A DNA stretch of 64,000 bases, from positions 39,515 to 103,514 of the forward strand of contig JAGBIO010000011.1 in the NCBI GenBank assembly GCA_017934955.1, in the 5' to 3' direction. The notes beneath the pieces were generated by a model. The model searched no databases. It was not told where the DNA came from and was given only the letters and a program-made list of their open reading frames with translations. This document shows, piece by piece, positions 5,883 to 14,268 of the stretch. Each line of letters begins with the position of its first letter. The first letter of the stretch is position 1. The DNA comes from Clostridia bacterium (lineage in GTDB: Bacteria; Bacillota; Clostridia; TANB77; RGIG9151). A program made the translations under genes and the position numbers.

Positions 5883-8800
5883 ATGTACAAAAAAGTTAGC
5901 ACAAGTTTGAATTTTGTGGATAATGAATTGGCGACAGAAAAATTTTGGAAGGAAAATGAGGTATTTCAAAAGAGTATTGAAAATCGAGAGGGATGCCCTT
6001 CTTTTACCTTTTTTGACGGACCTCCGACTGCGAATGGAAAACCGCATATCGGACACGTTTTAACGCGTTCGATTAAAGATTTGATCCCGAGATATAAGAC
6101 TATGAAGGGCTATAAGGTTTTGAGAAAAGCCGGATGGGATACGCATGGTTTGCCGGTTGAGTTGGAAGTGGAGAAGGCTTTGGGGTTAGATGGAAAGCCG
6201 CAGATTGAAGATTACGGAATTGAGCCGTTTATTGAAAAATGTAAAGAAAGTGTTTGGAAGTATAAAAGTGAATGGGAAAAGATGAGTGATCGTGTTGGTT
6301 TCTGGGCTGACATGGAAGATCCGTACATTACTTACAAAGATGATTATATTGAATCGGAATGGTGGGCATTAAAGCAAATTCAAGAGAAGGGCTTGTTGTA
6401 TAAAGGTCACAAAATCGTTCCTTATTGCCCTCGTTGCGGTACTTCTTTATCCAGTCACGAAGTGGCACAAGGTTATAAAGATGTAAAGGAAAAATCTGCC
6501 GTGGTTCGTTTCCGTGTGCCGAGTCAAGAGAATACCTATATTATGGCATGGACGACAACTCCTTGGACGCTTCCTTCTAACGTGGCTTTGGCGGTCAATC
6601 CGGATGAAAAGTATGTAAAGGTGAAGTTACCTCATCATGATTGTGAAGAGGGTTGCAAGCACGAGACAGAATATGCGATTTTGGCGGAAGCTTTGGCGGA
6701 AACCGTTCTTGGTGAAAAGTGCGAAGTAGTGGAAAGCTGGATTGGTAGCGAGTTAAAGGGCTTAGAGTATGAACCTTTGTATCATTTTGCGAAGTTAAAT
6801 AAAAAAGCGTATTACGTGGTAGCAGATGGCTATGTAACGTTAACAGACGGTACCGGTGTGGTTCATATTGCGCCGGCGTTTGGTGAAGATGATGCGAGAG
6901 TTGGTAGAGATAATGATTTGCCGTTCTTACAATTGGTAAACGAACAAGGTAAGTTTACGGAAGAAACAGGGGAATGGGCAGGTACTTTTGTAAAAGATGC
7001 TGATAAGTTTGTATTAAAAGATTTGGCAGAGCGTGGTTTATTGGTAGATGCACCGTTATACGAGCACTCTTATCCGTTCTGTTGGAGATGCGATACGCCG
7101 CTTATTTATTATGCGAGAGAAACGTGGTTTATTAAGATGACTGCGGTTCGGGATAAATTGGTTGCAAACAACCGTAAGGTAAATTGGCTTCCGGAGAACA
7201 TTAAAGACGGTCGTATGGGAAATTTCCTTGAAAACGTTATTGACTGGGGATTAAGTCGTTCGCGTTATTGGGGAACACCGCTTCCGGTTTGGGAGTGTGA
7301 ATGCGGTCATTATCATGTAATTGGAAGCAGAGAAGAATTAGGTAAATTGAGTACAACTCCGGTTGCACCGGATATGGAATTGCATAAACCATATATTGAT
7401 CAAGTAAAGATTAAGTGTCCAAAATGCGGAAAGGAAATGAAGAGAGTTTCCGATGTAATTGACTGTTGGTTTGATTCCGGTTCGATGCCGTTTGCACAAT
7501 GGCATTATCCGTTTGAGAATAAAGAGAAGTTTGAGGAAAACTTCCCGGCACAGTTTATCAGTGAAGCGGTTGACCAAACGAGAGGTTGGTTCTATACCTT
7601 GCTTGCGATTTCGACGTTGTTATTTGATACGAATCCGTTTGAAAATTGTGTCGTATTAGGTCTTGTGCAGGATAAAGACGGTCAGAAGATGAGTAAACAC
7701 AAGGGCAACGTTGTGGATGTATGGAGCGTTTTGGATAAACAAGGTGCAGATGCGGTTCGTTGGTTCTTCTATACAAACAGTGCGCCGTGGCTTCCGAATC
7801 GATTCTATGAAGAAGCGATTTCCGAGTCACAACGTAAGTTTATGGGAACACTTTGGAATACGTATGCGTTTTATGTGTTGTATGCGGATATTGATGAGTT
7901 TGATCCAACAAAGTACACGTTGGAATATGACAAACTTTCTGAGATGGATAAATGGGTATTGTCGAGAATGAATACAGCAGTTAAGGCGATTGATGAGAAT
8001 TTGGCGGCTTACCGTATTACAGAAGCCGGCCGTGCGGCGCAAGATTTCGTGGATGAACTTAGCAACTGGTATGTAAGACGTAGCCGTGAGAGATTCTGGG
8101 GCAAGGGAATGGAACAGGATAAGGTTAACGCGTTTATGACGTTATATACCGTGTTATCGACCATTACAAAGGCGGTTGCTCCGTTTATTCCGTTTATGAC
8201 GGAGGAGATTTACCAGAATATTGAAAGAAGAGTGAATCCGAATGCACCGATCAGTATTCATCTTTGTGACTTCCCGCAAGTTATGGAAGAGCAAATCAAC
8301 AAGAAGTTGGAAGAAGATATGGAGTTGATTTTACGTATTGTAACGGAGGGAAGAGCGGCGAGAAATACAGCGAATATTAAGAATCGCCAACCGTTGTCGA
8401 AGTTATATGTGAAAGCGTATGCGGAGTTGAGCGAAGAGCATAAGAAGATTGTGGAAGAGGAATTGAATGTGAAGGAAGTTGTCTTTACAAAGGATATCGA
8501 TTCTTTTGCAAGTTACAGCATTAAACCGAATTTGAAGACGGTTGGACCGAAGTACGGTAAGCTGTTAAATGCGATTCGTGAAGAACTTCCGAAGGCAGAT
8601 GCGGCGAAGATTGTGAAGGATATCAATCAAAGCGGCAGTACGAAGGTAATGATTTCCGGGGAGGAGCTTACTTTCGAGAAGGAAGATTTGCTGATTGAGG
8701 CGGCAAAAGGACAACGGTATGTAACGGTACAAGACGGTGATGTGACGGTTGTACTGGATACCGAGTTGACGGAAGCTTTAATTGAAGAAGGATATATTCG

Positions 8801-9032
8801 TGAGTTGGTAAGCAAGATTCAGAATATGAGAAAAGAAGCCGGATTTGAGGTACAAGATTATATTGACGTGTTCTATTCGGCGGAAGCGAAGATGACGGAG
8901 ATTATTCGGAAGAATGAGAAGGTCATCGGAGAGGAAGTATTAGGCAGAAACGTGAAGAATGAAGCAGGCGAAGGCTTTACCAAGGAATTGGATATTAACG
9001 GTGAGAAAGTGACGATTACAGTAAAAAAATAA
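5883..9032 (+). CDS. ileS: Isoleucine--tRNA ligase (long, type-2-like form)
   Basis: 1049 aa with the HIGH-type motif PHIGH and the KMSKS-type motif KMSKH. An editing-domain insertion is present. An Ile T-box lies upstream. Confidence 0.97.
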   Translation: MYKKVSTSLNFVDNELATEKFWKENEVFQKSIENREGCPSFTFFDGPPTANGKPHIGHVLTRSIKDLIPRYKTMKGYKVLRKAGWDTHGLPVELEVEKALGLDGKPQIEDYGIEPFIEKCKESVWKYKSEWEKMSDRVGFWADMEDPYITYKDDYIESEWWALKQIQEKGLLYKGHKIVPYCPRCGTSLSSHEVAQGYKDVKEKSAVVRFRVPSQENTYIMAWTTTPWTLPSNVALAVNPDEKYVKVKLPHHDCEEGCKHETEYAILAEALAETVLGEKCEVVESWIGSELKGLEYEPLYHFAKLNKKAYYVVADGYVTLTDGTGVVHIAPAFGEDDARVGRDNDLPFLQLVNEQGKFTEETGEWAGTFVKDADKFVLKDLAERGLLVDAPLYEHSYPFCWRCDTPLIYYARETWFIKMTAVRDKLVANNRKVNWLPENIKDGRMGNFLENVIDWGLSRSRYWGTPLPVWECECGHYHVIGSREELGKLSTTPVAPDMELHKPYIDQVKIKCPKCGKEMKRVSDVIDCWFDSGSMPFAQWHYPFENKEKFEENFPAQFISEAVDQTRGWFYTLLAISTLLFDTNPFENCVVLGLVQDKDGQKMSKHKGNVVDVWSVLDKQGADAVRWFFYTNSAPWLPNRFYEEAISESQRKFMGTLWNTYAFYVLYADIDEFDPTKYTLEYDKLSEMDKWVLSRMNTAVKAIDENLAAYRITEAGRAAQDFVDELSNWYVRRSRERFWGKGMEQDKVNAFMTLYTVLSTITKAVAPFIPFMTEEIYQNIERRVNPNAPISIHLCDFPQVMEEQINKKLEEDMELILRIVTEGRAARNTANIKNRQPLSKLYVKAYAELSEEHKKIVEEELNVKEVVFTKDIDSFASYSIKPNLKTVGPKYGKLLNAIREELPKADAAKIVKDINQSGSTKVMISGEELTFEKEDLLIEAAKGQRYVTVQDGDVTVVLDTELTEALIEEGYIRELVSKIQNMRKEAGFEVQDYIDVFYSAEAKMTEIIRKNEKVIGEEVLGRNVKNEAGEGFTKELDINGEKVTITVKK

Positions 9033-9050
9033 AAAGTAATCCTTAGACAA

Positions 9051-9077
9051 AAAAACGGCATTATTGCCGTTTTTTGT
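9051..9077 (+). terminator. Rho-independent terminator after ileS
   Basis: AAACGGCA-TTAT-TGCCGTTTTTTG. Confidence 0.8.
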
Positions 9078-9179
9078 TGTCTTAGATAACGTTTCATCTC
9101 TTTTTTTGAAAACTAAAGAAAATATAGGAAAATGCCGATAAATGATTTGTAAAATGGTTTCTTTATGAGGAGGAAAAGG

Positions 9180-11477
9180 ATGAAAAAGATATTATCGGCT
9201 TTATTTAGCGTATTTATGCTAATGAGTGTTTGTTATGGTTATACTTTAAAAGTAGACGATGGAAGGGGAATGACGACAAGCCAAGTTGATTCGGGAAATA
9301 CCGTATTTGTTGGTTTACCCGGAGCAGAGAATTCAAACTATGTCGTAAGAGAGGGAGATGTCACGTTAAGTGATGTTTCCGGCGAGAGTGGCATGAAGCA
9401 ATTCGTTATGCCGAGTGAAAACGTATGGATTACGTTAGTGCGTCCGGGAGACGTGAGAAAGTTAATTTTAAAGAATAATTTAGGAAAAAATGAAACTTCT
9501 TATCGGGAAATCGGCAGTACGGTAGAGGTTATTGCAGAGTATATAGAGGAATATGTATTTCAATATTGGACATCGGAAGGAATTACCTTAACAGATACTT
9601 CTGCGGAAAATTTAAGTTTTACGATGCCGATTGATCATGTAACGTTAACGGCGAACTATGTGTATGCATCAAAACCAATTACGGCAACGGCGGGGGCGAA
9701 CGGTAGCATTAGTCCGAGTGGAACGATAGAAGTAAATTGGGGAGAAAGTCAGACATATACAATGATACCTGATGCGAATTATTTGGTATCGGATGTTGTG
9801 GTGGATGGAGTGAGCGTAGGAGCAGTAACCAATTATACATTTACGAATGTAAAGGAAGAACATACGATTCATGTAGAGTTTGTAAGACCGACCTATACAA
9901 TAACAGCGAGTGCAGGAACCGGCGGAAGTATTAGTCCGAGTGGGACAACAACGGTAAACCGTGGTGAGAGTAAATCTTACACTGTTACTGCAAATTCGGG
10001 ATATGCAATAAGTGGTGTAACGGTAGATGGAACAAGTATTGGAGTAGCTACAAAGGTTTCACTTTCCAATATTACAGAAAATCATACAATTACAGTAAAC
10101 TTTGAGCAAATACCTGATACAAGCTTAGGCTATAATGGTGGTTCACAAACTTATACGGTACCTGCACGAGGTATTTATAAATTAGAAGTATGGGGCGCCG
10201 GAGGTTCTAATAATGGTGGCGGTGGAGGTTCCGGAGGATATGGTTGTGGTTACGCAATTTTAGAAAAAGGGCAGAAATTGTATGTTACAATAGGTGGAGC
10301 TGGCTCGGGAACCCAATATAATGGTGGAGGACCTCGTGGAGGAGGCGGAGCTACTCATATTGCGTCTGTGAGTGGAACTTTAACTGCTATAGGTGCATCT
10401 AATCTTTCTAAGATATATATTATTGCCGGAGGAGGCGGCGGTGGTGGTACTAAAACAGAAAGTTGGGGTTTAGTACGTACATATACAGGAGGTTCCGGAG
10501 GCGGTGAATCCGGAAGCAACGGAGGCGGTGATCCTTCATATGGCATAGCTTCTGGTGGTACACAGACTTCAGGTGCAGGTTTTGGTGGTGCAACAAGTGG
10601 AAGCGGCGGCGGAGGTCTTTATGGCGGTGTATCCGGTGGTCAAACCGGTGGCGGCGGAAGTGGATATATAGGAGGTGTTCCTTCCTTCACTTATAACGGA
10701 ACTACGTATAGTCCTTCTTGGAGTACGGGAGGAGGCGCTGGTGCACATGCTAATGGTTCAGCCAAAATTTCGTTTATAATGTCAATATCTGATGATTTTA
10801 ACTTTATAGCTCCAACACCATATGTATGTAGTGGTGGTGTACAAACCTATACGGCGCCTGTTGCAGGTTTATATAAATTAGAAGCATTTGGTGCTGGCGG
10901 TGGTGCATCCGGTGGTGCCGGTGGTTACAGCGTAGGATATGTACAATTGTCTGCAAATCAAACTCTTTATATAGTTGTTGGCGGTTCGGGAGGATCTTCA
11001 CGTTATAATGGTGGAGGAAGTCCGGGCGGTGGTGGAGCTACCCATATTGCGACTGTTAGTGGTACATTGGCTCAACTTGGAAATGTGTCTAATGTTCTGT
11101 TAATTGCCGGTGGCGGTGGCGGCGGTGCTACCAAAACAGAAAGTTGGGGTTTAGTACGTACATATACCGGAGGAGCCGGTGGAGGTAGTAGTGGTACGGC
11201 AGGTGATTTAGATCCGTCATATACGCAAGGTGTAGGTGGTACATCAAGTACCGGATATGCTTTTGGTCAAGGCGGAGATGGTTCCGGCGGAGGCGGAAGC
11301 GGTCTTTATGGTGGTACCGGCGGTGGTGGAGCTGCTGCCGGAGGCGGTGGAAGTGGATATATTGGTGGAGTTCCGGCAATTACGTATGGTGGAACAACTT
11401 ATAGTCCATCAACAACCGTTGGCGGTGGTTCTTCAAACAATTCAGATGGAAAGGTAATTATTTCCTTTGTTGGTTAA
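9180..11477 (+). CDS. Secreted multi-domain glycine-rich protein, paralog 1 (N-terminal family domain, two InlB-B-repeat-like modules, two ALK/LTK-type glycine-rich modules)
   Basis: Start moved to ATG 9180, 6 nt after GAGGAGG (MKKILSALFSVFMLMSVCYG signal peptide). Two modules match the divergent InlB B-repeat type ([13 protein letters not shown]...HTIHVEF). Two ~215-aa modules read YTVPARGIYKLEVWGAGG..GGYG.GY..L.KGQKLYV.IGG...GGGGATHIA...IIAGGGGGG...GGGGSGYIGG...NG.AKISF, which resembles Pfam Gly_rich (PF12810; identifier from memory). Confidence 0.85.
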   Translation: MKKILSALFSVFMLMSVCYGYTLKVDDGRGMTTSQVDSGNTVFVGLPGAENSNYVVREGDVTLSDVSGESGMKQFVMPSENVWITLVRPGDVRKLILKNNLGKNETSYREIGSTVEVIAEYIEEYVFQYWTSEGITLTDTSAENLSFTMPIDHVTLTANYVYASKPITATAGANGSISPSGTIEVNWGESQTYTMIPDANYLVSDVVVDGVSVGAVTNYTFTNVKEEHTIHVEFVRPTYTITASAGTGGSISPSGTTTVNRGESKSYTVTANSGYAISGVTVDGTSIGVATKVSLSNITENHTITVNFEQIPDTSLGYNGGSQTYTVPARGIYKLEVWGAGGSNNGGGGGSGGYGCGYAILEKGQKLYVTIGGAGSGTQYNGGGPRGGGGATHIASVSGTLTAIGASNLSKIYIIAGGGGGGGTKTESWGLVRTYTGGSGGGESGSNGGGDPSYGIASGGTQTSGAGFGGATSGSGGGGLYGGVSGGQTGGGGSGYIGGVPSFTYNGTTYSPSWSTGGGAGAHANGSAKISFIMSISDDFNFIAPTPYVCSGGVQTYTAPVAGLYKLEAFGAGGGASGGAGGYSVGYVQLSANQTLYIVVGGSGGSSRYNGGGSPGGGGATHIATVSGTLAQLGNVSNVLLIAGGGGGGATKTESWGLVRTYTGGAGGGSSGTAGDLDPSYTQGVGGTSSTGYAFGQGGDGSGGGGSGLYGGTGGGGAAAGGGGSGYIGGVPAITYGGTTYSPSTTVGGGSSNNSDGKVIISFVG

Positions 11478-11586
11478 AGATTTTACCGTATCATTTTTAG
11501 AGTTCTAAGCCAATCGAAGGGGTAAAAAATTTGTCTAAAGAAAAAACAATATTTGCCGATAAAACAAAAGAAGGGTGGTGGATTCC

Positions 11587-11679
11587 ATGAACCAATTACA
11601 GAAAATGAAACAAAAAGCAGAAAATATTTGTAACAGTAGTATGGTAAAAATTGTAATTGGGGGGGGGGTACACTATTAG
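11587..11679 (+). CDS. Small ORF interrupted by a G10 tract (30 aa as read; a +1 or -2 slip gives a ~53-aa ORF ending at 11744 inside the terminator)
   Basis: ATG sits 7 nt after GGTGG. Translation is MNQLQKMKQKAENICNSSMVKIVIGGGVHY. The G run is 11659-11668. The alternative frame after the G run reads TLLDKKNKEKIIKKNGSSLKSEWL and is conserved at the second locus (62625). It is below the ORF-track size cutoff. Confidence 0.45.
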   Translation: MNQLQKMKQKAENICNSSMVKIVIGGGVHY

Positions 11680-11715
11680 ATAAAAAGAATAAAGAAAAAA
11701 TAATAAAGAAGAATG

Positions 11716-11761
11716 GAAGTAGTTTAAAGTCAGAGTGGCTTTAAACTACTTCTTTTTGTTT
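11716..11761 (+). terminator. Strong rho-independent terminator 40 nt upstream of glycine-rich paralog 2
   Basis: GAAGTAGTTTAAAG-TCAGAGTGG-CTTTAAACTACTTC plus TTTTTGTTT, a 14-bp perfect stem. Confidence 0.8.
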
Positions 11762-11801
11762 AAAAAATCGAATTTGCAGGGATTACAATAGGAGGAAGAG
11801 G

Positions 11802-14072
11802 ATGAAGAGAGTATTATCGGTATTGTTTGGAATTATGATGTTGTTGAGTATTTCTTATGGCTACACGTTTAAGGTAGACGATGGAAGAAGTATGATTGTG
11901 AATGAAATGAATGCGGGAAATACTGTATTTGTTGGATTACCCGGAGCAGAGAATTCAAACTATGTCGTAAGAGAGGGAGATGTCACGTTAAGTGATGTTT
12001 CCGGCGAGAGTGGCATGAAGCAATTCGTTATGCCGAGTGAAAACGTGTGGATTACGTTAGTGCGTCCGGGAGACGTGAGAAAGTTAATTTTAAAGAATAA
12101 TTTAGGAAAAAATGAAACTTCTTATCGGGAAATCGGCAGTACGGTAGAGGTTATTGCAGAGTATATAGAGGAATATCGGTTTAAATCCTGGACAGCGGAA
12201 GGAATTACGTTATCAGATACTTCTGCAGAAAATTTAAGTTTTACGATGCCGGTTGATCATGTGACGTTAACGGCAAATTATGAATATGCAAGTCATACGG
12301 TTACCGCAACGGCAGGCGCAAACGGAAGTATTAGTCCGAGCGGAAGTTTGGAAATAAATCATGGAACAAATCGTACTTATACAATGATACCGAATACGGG
12401 GTATATCGTAGCGGATGTATTGGTAGATGGAGCAAGTGTGGGTGCAGTAACGAGTTATACATTTGAAAATATAACAGAAGATCATACTATTTCGGTAACG
12501 TTCACAGTAGGAACTTATACAGTAACATTTGATAATCAAAGTGCGACAACCGCGGGAACAACCAGCTTAACAATAACATACGGGGCGACGATGCCGAATA
12601 TAACGGTACCGACAAAGACCGGATATACATTTTATGGTTATTATACTGCTACAAACGGTGGTGGAACAAAGTATTATAATTCAGATGGAAGAAGTTTAAC
12701 GACAATGGATTTAGGTCAAGATACCACGTTGTATGCTTATTGGCAGCAGAATGCAGTACCGGCGTTTACCTATACCGGAACGTATTCGACTTCAATGGAT
12801 AGTACCTATTGGTATATTTATTGTAAATCATCCGGCACATTAACATTTAATAGCGGTATGCTGGTAGACGCATGTATCGTTGGTGGTGGTGCCGGAGGTG
12901 GCAGCGGAGATCCAGGCAAAGGTGGCGGTGGCGGAAAAGTAGTAAATCGGTTAAACGCTTCCCTTACAGCCGGGACAGGCTATGGTATTACGGTTGGTGC
13001 CGGAGGAGCAGTAAATACTGCCGGAGGTAGTTCCTCAGCATTTGGCACAACCGCTGCCGGAGGTTCAAAGGATGGCGGAGGATCTACTGGAAGGGCAGGT
13101 CCTGCAGGTTCATATGCTTTTGATAGTAGCAGCTATAGCCGCTATGGCGGAGGCGGCGGAGGCGGCGGAAGCGGAGCAGCCGGAGGAGCCGGAGGCGCAG
13201 GTGGCGGTGGTAAAGGAGGCCAAGGTGCACATTTTTATATCAGTGTCGCTAATGCCGTTGCCGGTGGAACGAATACCGGAGGTGGTGGCGGTGGTCATGG
13301 TGGTGGCCACACGTGGAAAGATGATGATGGATATAGTTATGCTGGTGGTGGTTCAGCAGCTGCCGGTGGAAGTGGTATTGTAATCATCCGTGGTAAATTT
13401 AATCAATCGGATGTTCTTCCATATTCCTTTACCGGAAACTCGATGACCGCAAAAGATAATAATTATTGGTATGTATATTTGAAATCATCCGGAACACTTA
13501 CTTTTAGTAAGAATCTGACGGTAAATGCATGTATCGTTGGCGGTGGTGCCGGAGGTGGCGGCGGAGATCCGGGAAAAGGTGGCGGTGGAGGAACCGTAAC
13601 AAACCGTTCCAATATTTCTGTTACAACCGGCACGAATTATACGATTACAATCGGAGCCGGAGGAGCAGTTGATACTGCCGGAGGCAGTTCATCTGCATTT
13701 GGTACAACGGCTGCCGGAGGCGCTGTAAATAGCGGTGGAGCTGCAAATGGCGGAGCTGGAACTGCTGGACCGTATGCATTTGGAGATAGCAGTTTGAGTC
13801 GATATGGCGGTTCCGGCGGAGGTGGCGGAAGCGGAAGTAATGCAGGAGCCGGAGGAGCCGGAGGTGCTGGTGGCGGCGGTAAAGGCGCTCAAGGTGCACA
13901 ATATTCTAACTGGGGATACAATGCCGTTGCCGGAGGAACGAATACCGGAGGCGGAGGCGGAGGCCATGGTGGTAGCCATACATGGAACGATAGTGACGGA
14001 TGGAGTTATAGTCCCGGTGGTGCAGCAGCTGCCGGCGGAAGCGGTGTTGTTATCATTCGTGTTGCTTATTAA
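11802..14072 (+). CDS. Secreted multi-domain glycine-rich protein, paralog 2 (same N-terminus, different C-terminal glycine-rich module type)
   Basis: Signal peptide, then ~150 aa almost identical to paralog 1. One InlB-B-repeat-like module. One Listeria-Bacteroides (Flg_new-type) repeat, [22 protein letters not shown]. Two ~215-aa modules read [24 protein letters not shown]...ITx[21 protein letters not shown]...GGSG(I/V)VIIR, a second and distinct glycine-rich family (Gly_rich_2-like; name from memory). Confidence 0.85.
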   Translation: MKRVLSVLFGIMMLLSISYGYTFKVDDGRSMIVNEMNAGNTVFVGLPGAENSNYVVREGDVTLSDVSGESGMKQFVMPSENVWITLVRPGDVRKLILKNNLGKNETSYREIGSTVEVIAEYIEEYRFKSWTAEGITLSDTSAENLSFTMPVDHVTLTANYEYASHTVTATAGANGSISPSGSLEINHGTNRTYTMIPNTGYIVADVLVDGASVGAVTSYTFENITEDHTISVTFTVGTYTVTFDNQSATTAGTTSLTITYGATMPNITVPTKTGYTFYGYYTATNGGGTKYYNSDGRSLTTMDLGQDTTLYAYWQQNAVPAFTYTGTYSTSMDSTYWYIYCKSSGTLTFNSGMLVDACIVGGGAGGGSGDPGKGGGGGKVVNRLNASLTAGTGYGITVGAGGAVNTAGGSSSAFGTTAAGGSKDGGGSTGRAGPAGSYAFDSSSYSRYGGGGGGGGSGAAGGAGGAGGGGKGGQGAHFYISVANAVAGGTNTGGGGGGHGGGHTWKDDDGYSYAGGGSAAAGGSGIVIIRGKFNQSDVLPYSFTGNSMTAKDNNYWYVYLKSSGTLTFSKNLTVNACIVGGGAGGGGGDPGKGGGGGTVTNRSNISVTTGTNYTITIGAGGAVDTAGGSSSAFGTTAAGGAVNSGGAANGGAGTAGPYAFGDSSLSRYGGSGGGGGSGSNAGAGGAGGAGGGGKGAQGAQYSNWGYNAVAGGTNTGGGGGGHGGSHTWNDSDGWSYSPGGAAAAGGSGVVIIRVAY

Positions 14073-14131
14073 TATTTTGCATCGAAGACAGTTCCGTTTT
14101 GAAAAATAAGAAAAGGAATAAAGTAAATCAG

Positions 14132-14197
14132 AACTACCGATTAGTGATGTACATTTTTTGGTTGAACATTTAAAGTGTACTTCATTAGTCGGTGGTT
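14132..14197 (+). terminator. Long imperfect hairpin (22-bp stem) downstream of paralog 2, probable terminator
   Basis: AACTACCGATTAGTGATGTACA-N22-TGTACTTCATTAGTCGGTGGTT followed by TTGATTTATTTTG. Pairing includes G-U wobbles. Confidence 0.4.
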
Positions 14198-14268
14198 TTG
14201 ATTTATTTTGTATTCACACATTTTCTTTTTCCTGCATAGGATATAGATTGAAAAAAGGAGGAGTAAAT

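Noticed and set aside
5504-6056. Three overlapping minus-strand ORFs of 104-150 aa upstream of ileS
   Set aside because: They are translations of the tandem REP array and T-box leader, shown by repeated ..CCPLQQ.. / ..SPYGQ.. peptides. They have no RBS, and they overlap the ileS start.
11640-11670. Reading the VIGG motif of the small ORF as a double-glycine leader of a bacteriocin or pheromone
   Set aside because: Only 3-5 residues would follow the GG in the as-read frame, and no C39-peptidase ABC exporter or immunity gene is nearby. The conserved slipped frame offers a better explanation.
13042-13979. Several 66-113-aa ORFs in other frames or on the other strand inside glycine-rich paralog 2, with similar ones at 10355-11457 in paralog 1
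   Set aside because: They are a by-product of the GGN/NCC compositional bias (poly-Ala/Pro/Glu-Val peptides). They have no starts with an RBS and are nested in strongly supported genes.
14073-14268. T-box or other riboswitch upstream of asnB
   Set aside because: No Stem I motifs, specifier context or T-box sequence are present. There is only a long hairpin that fits better as the terminator of the upstream gene.
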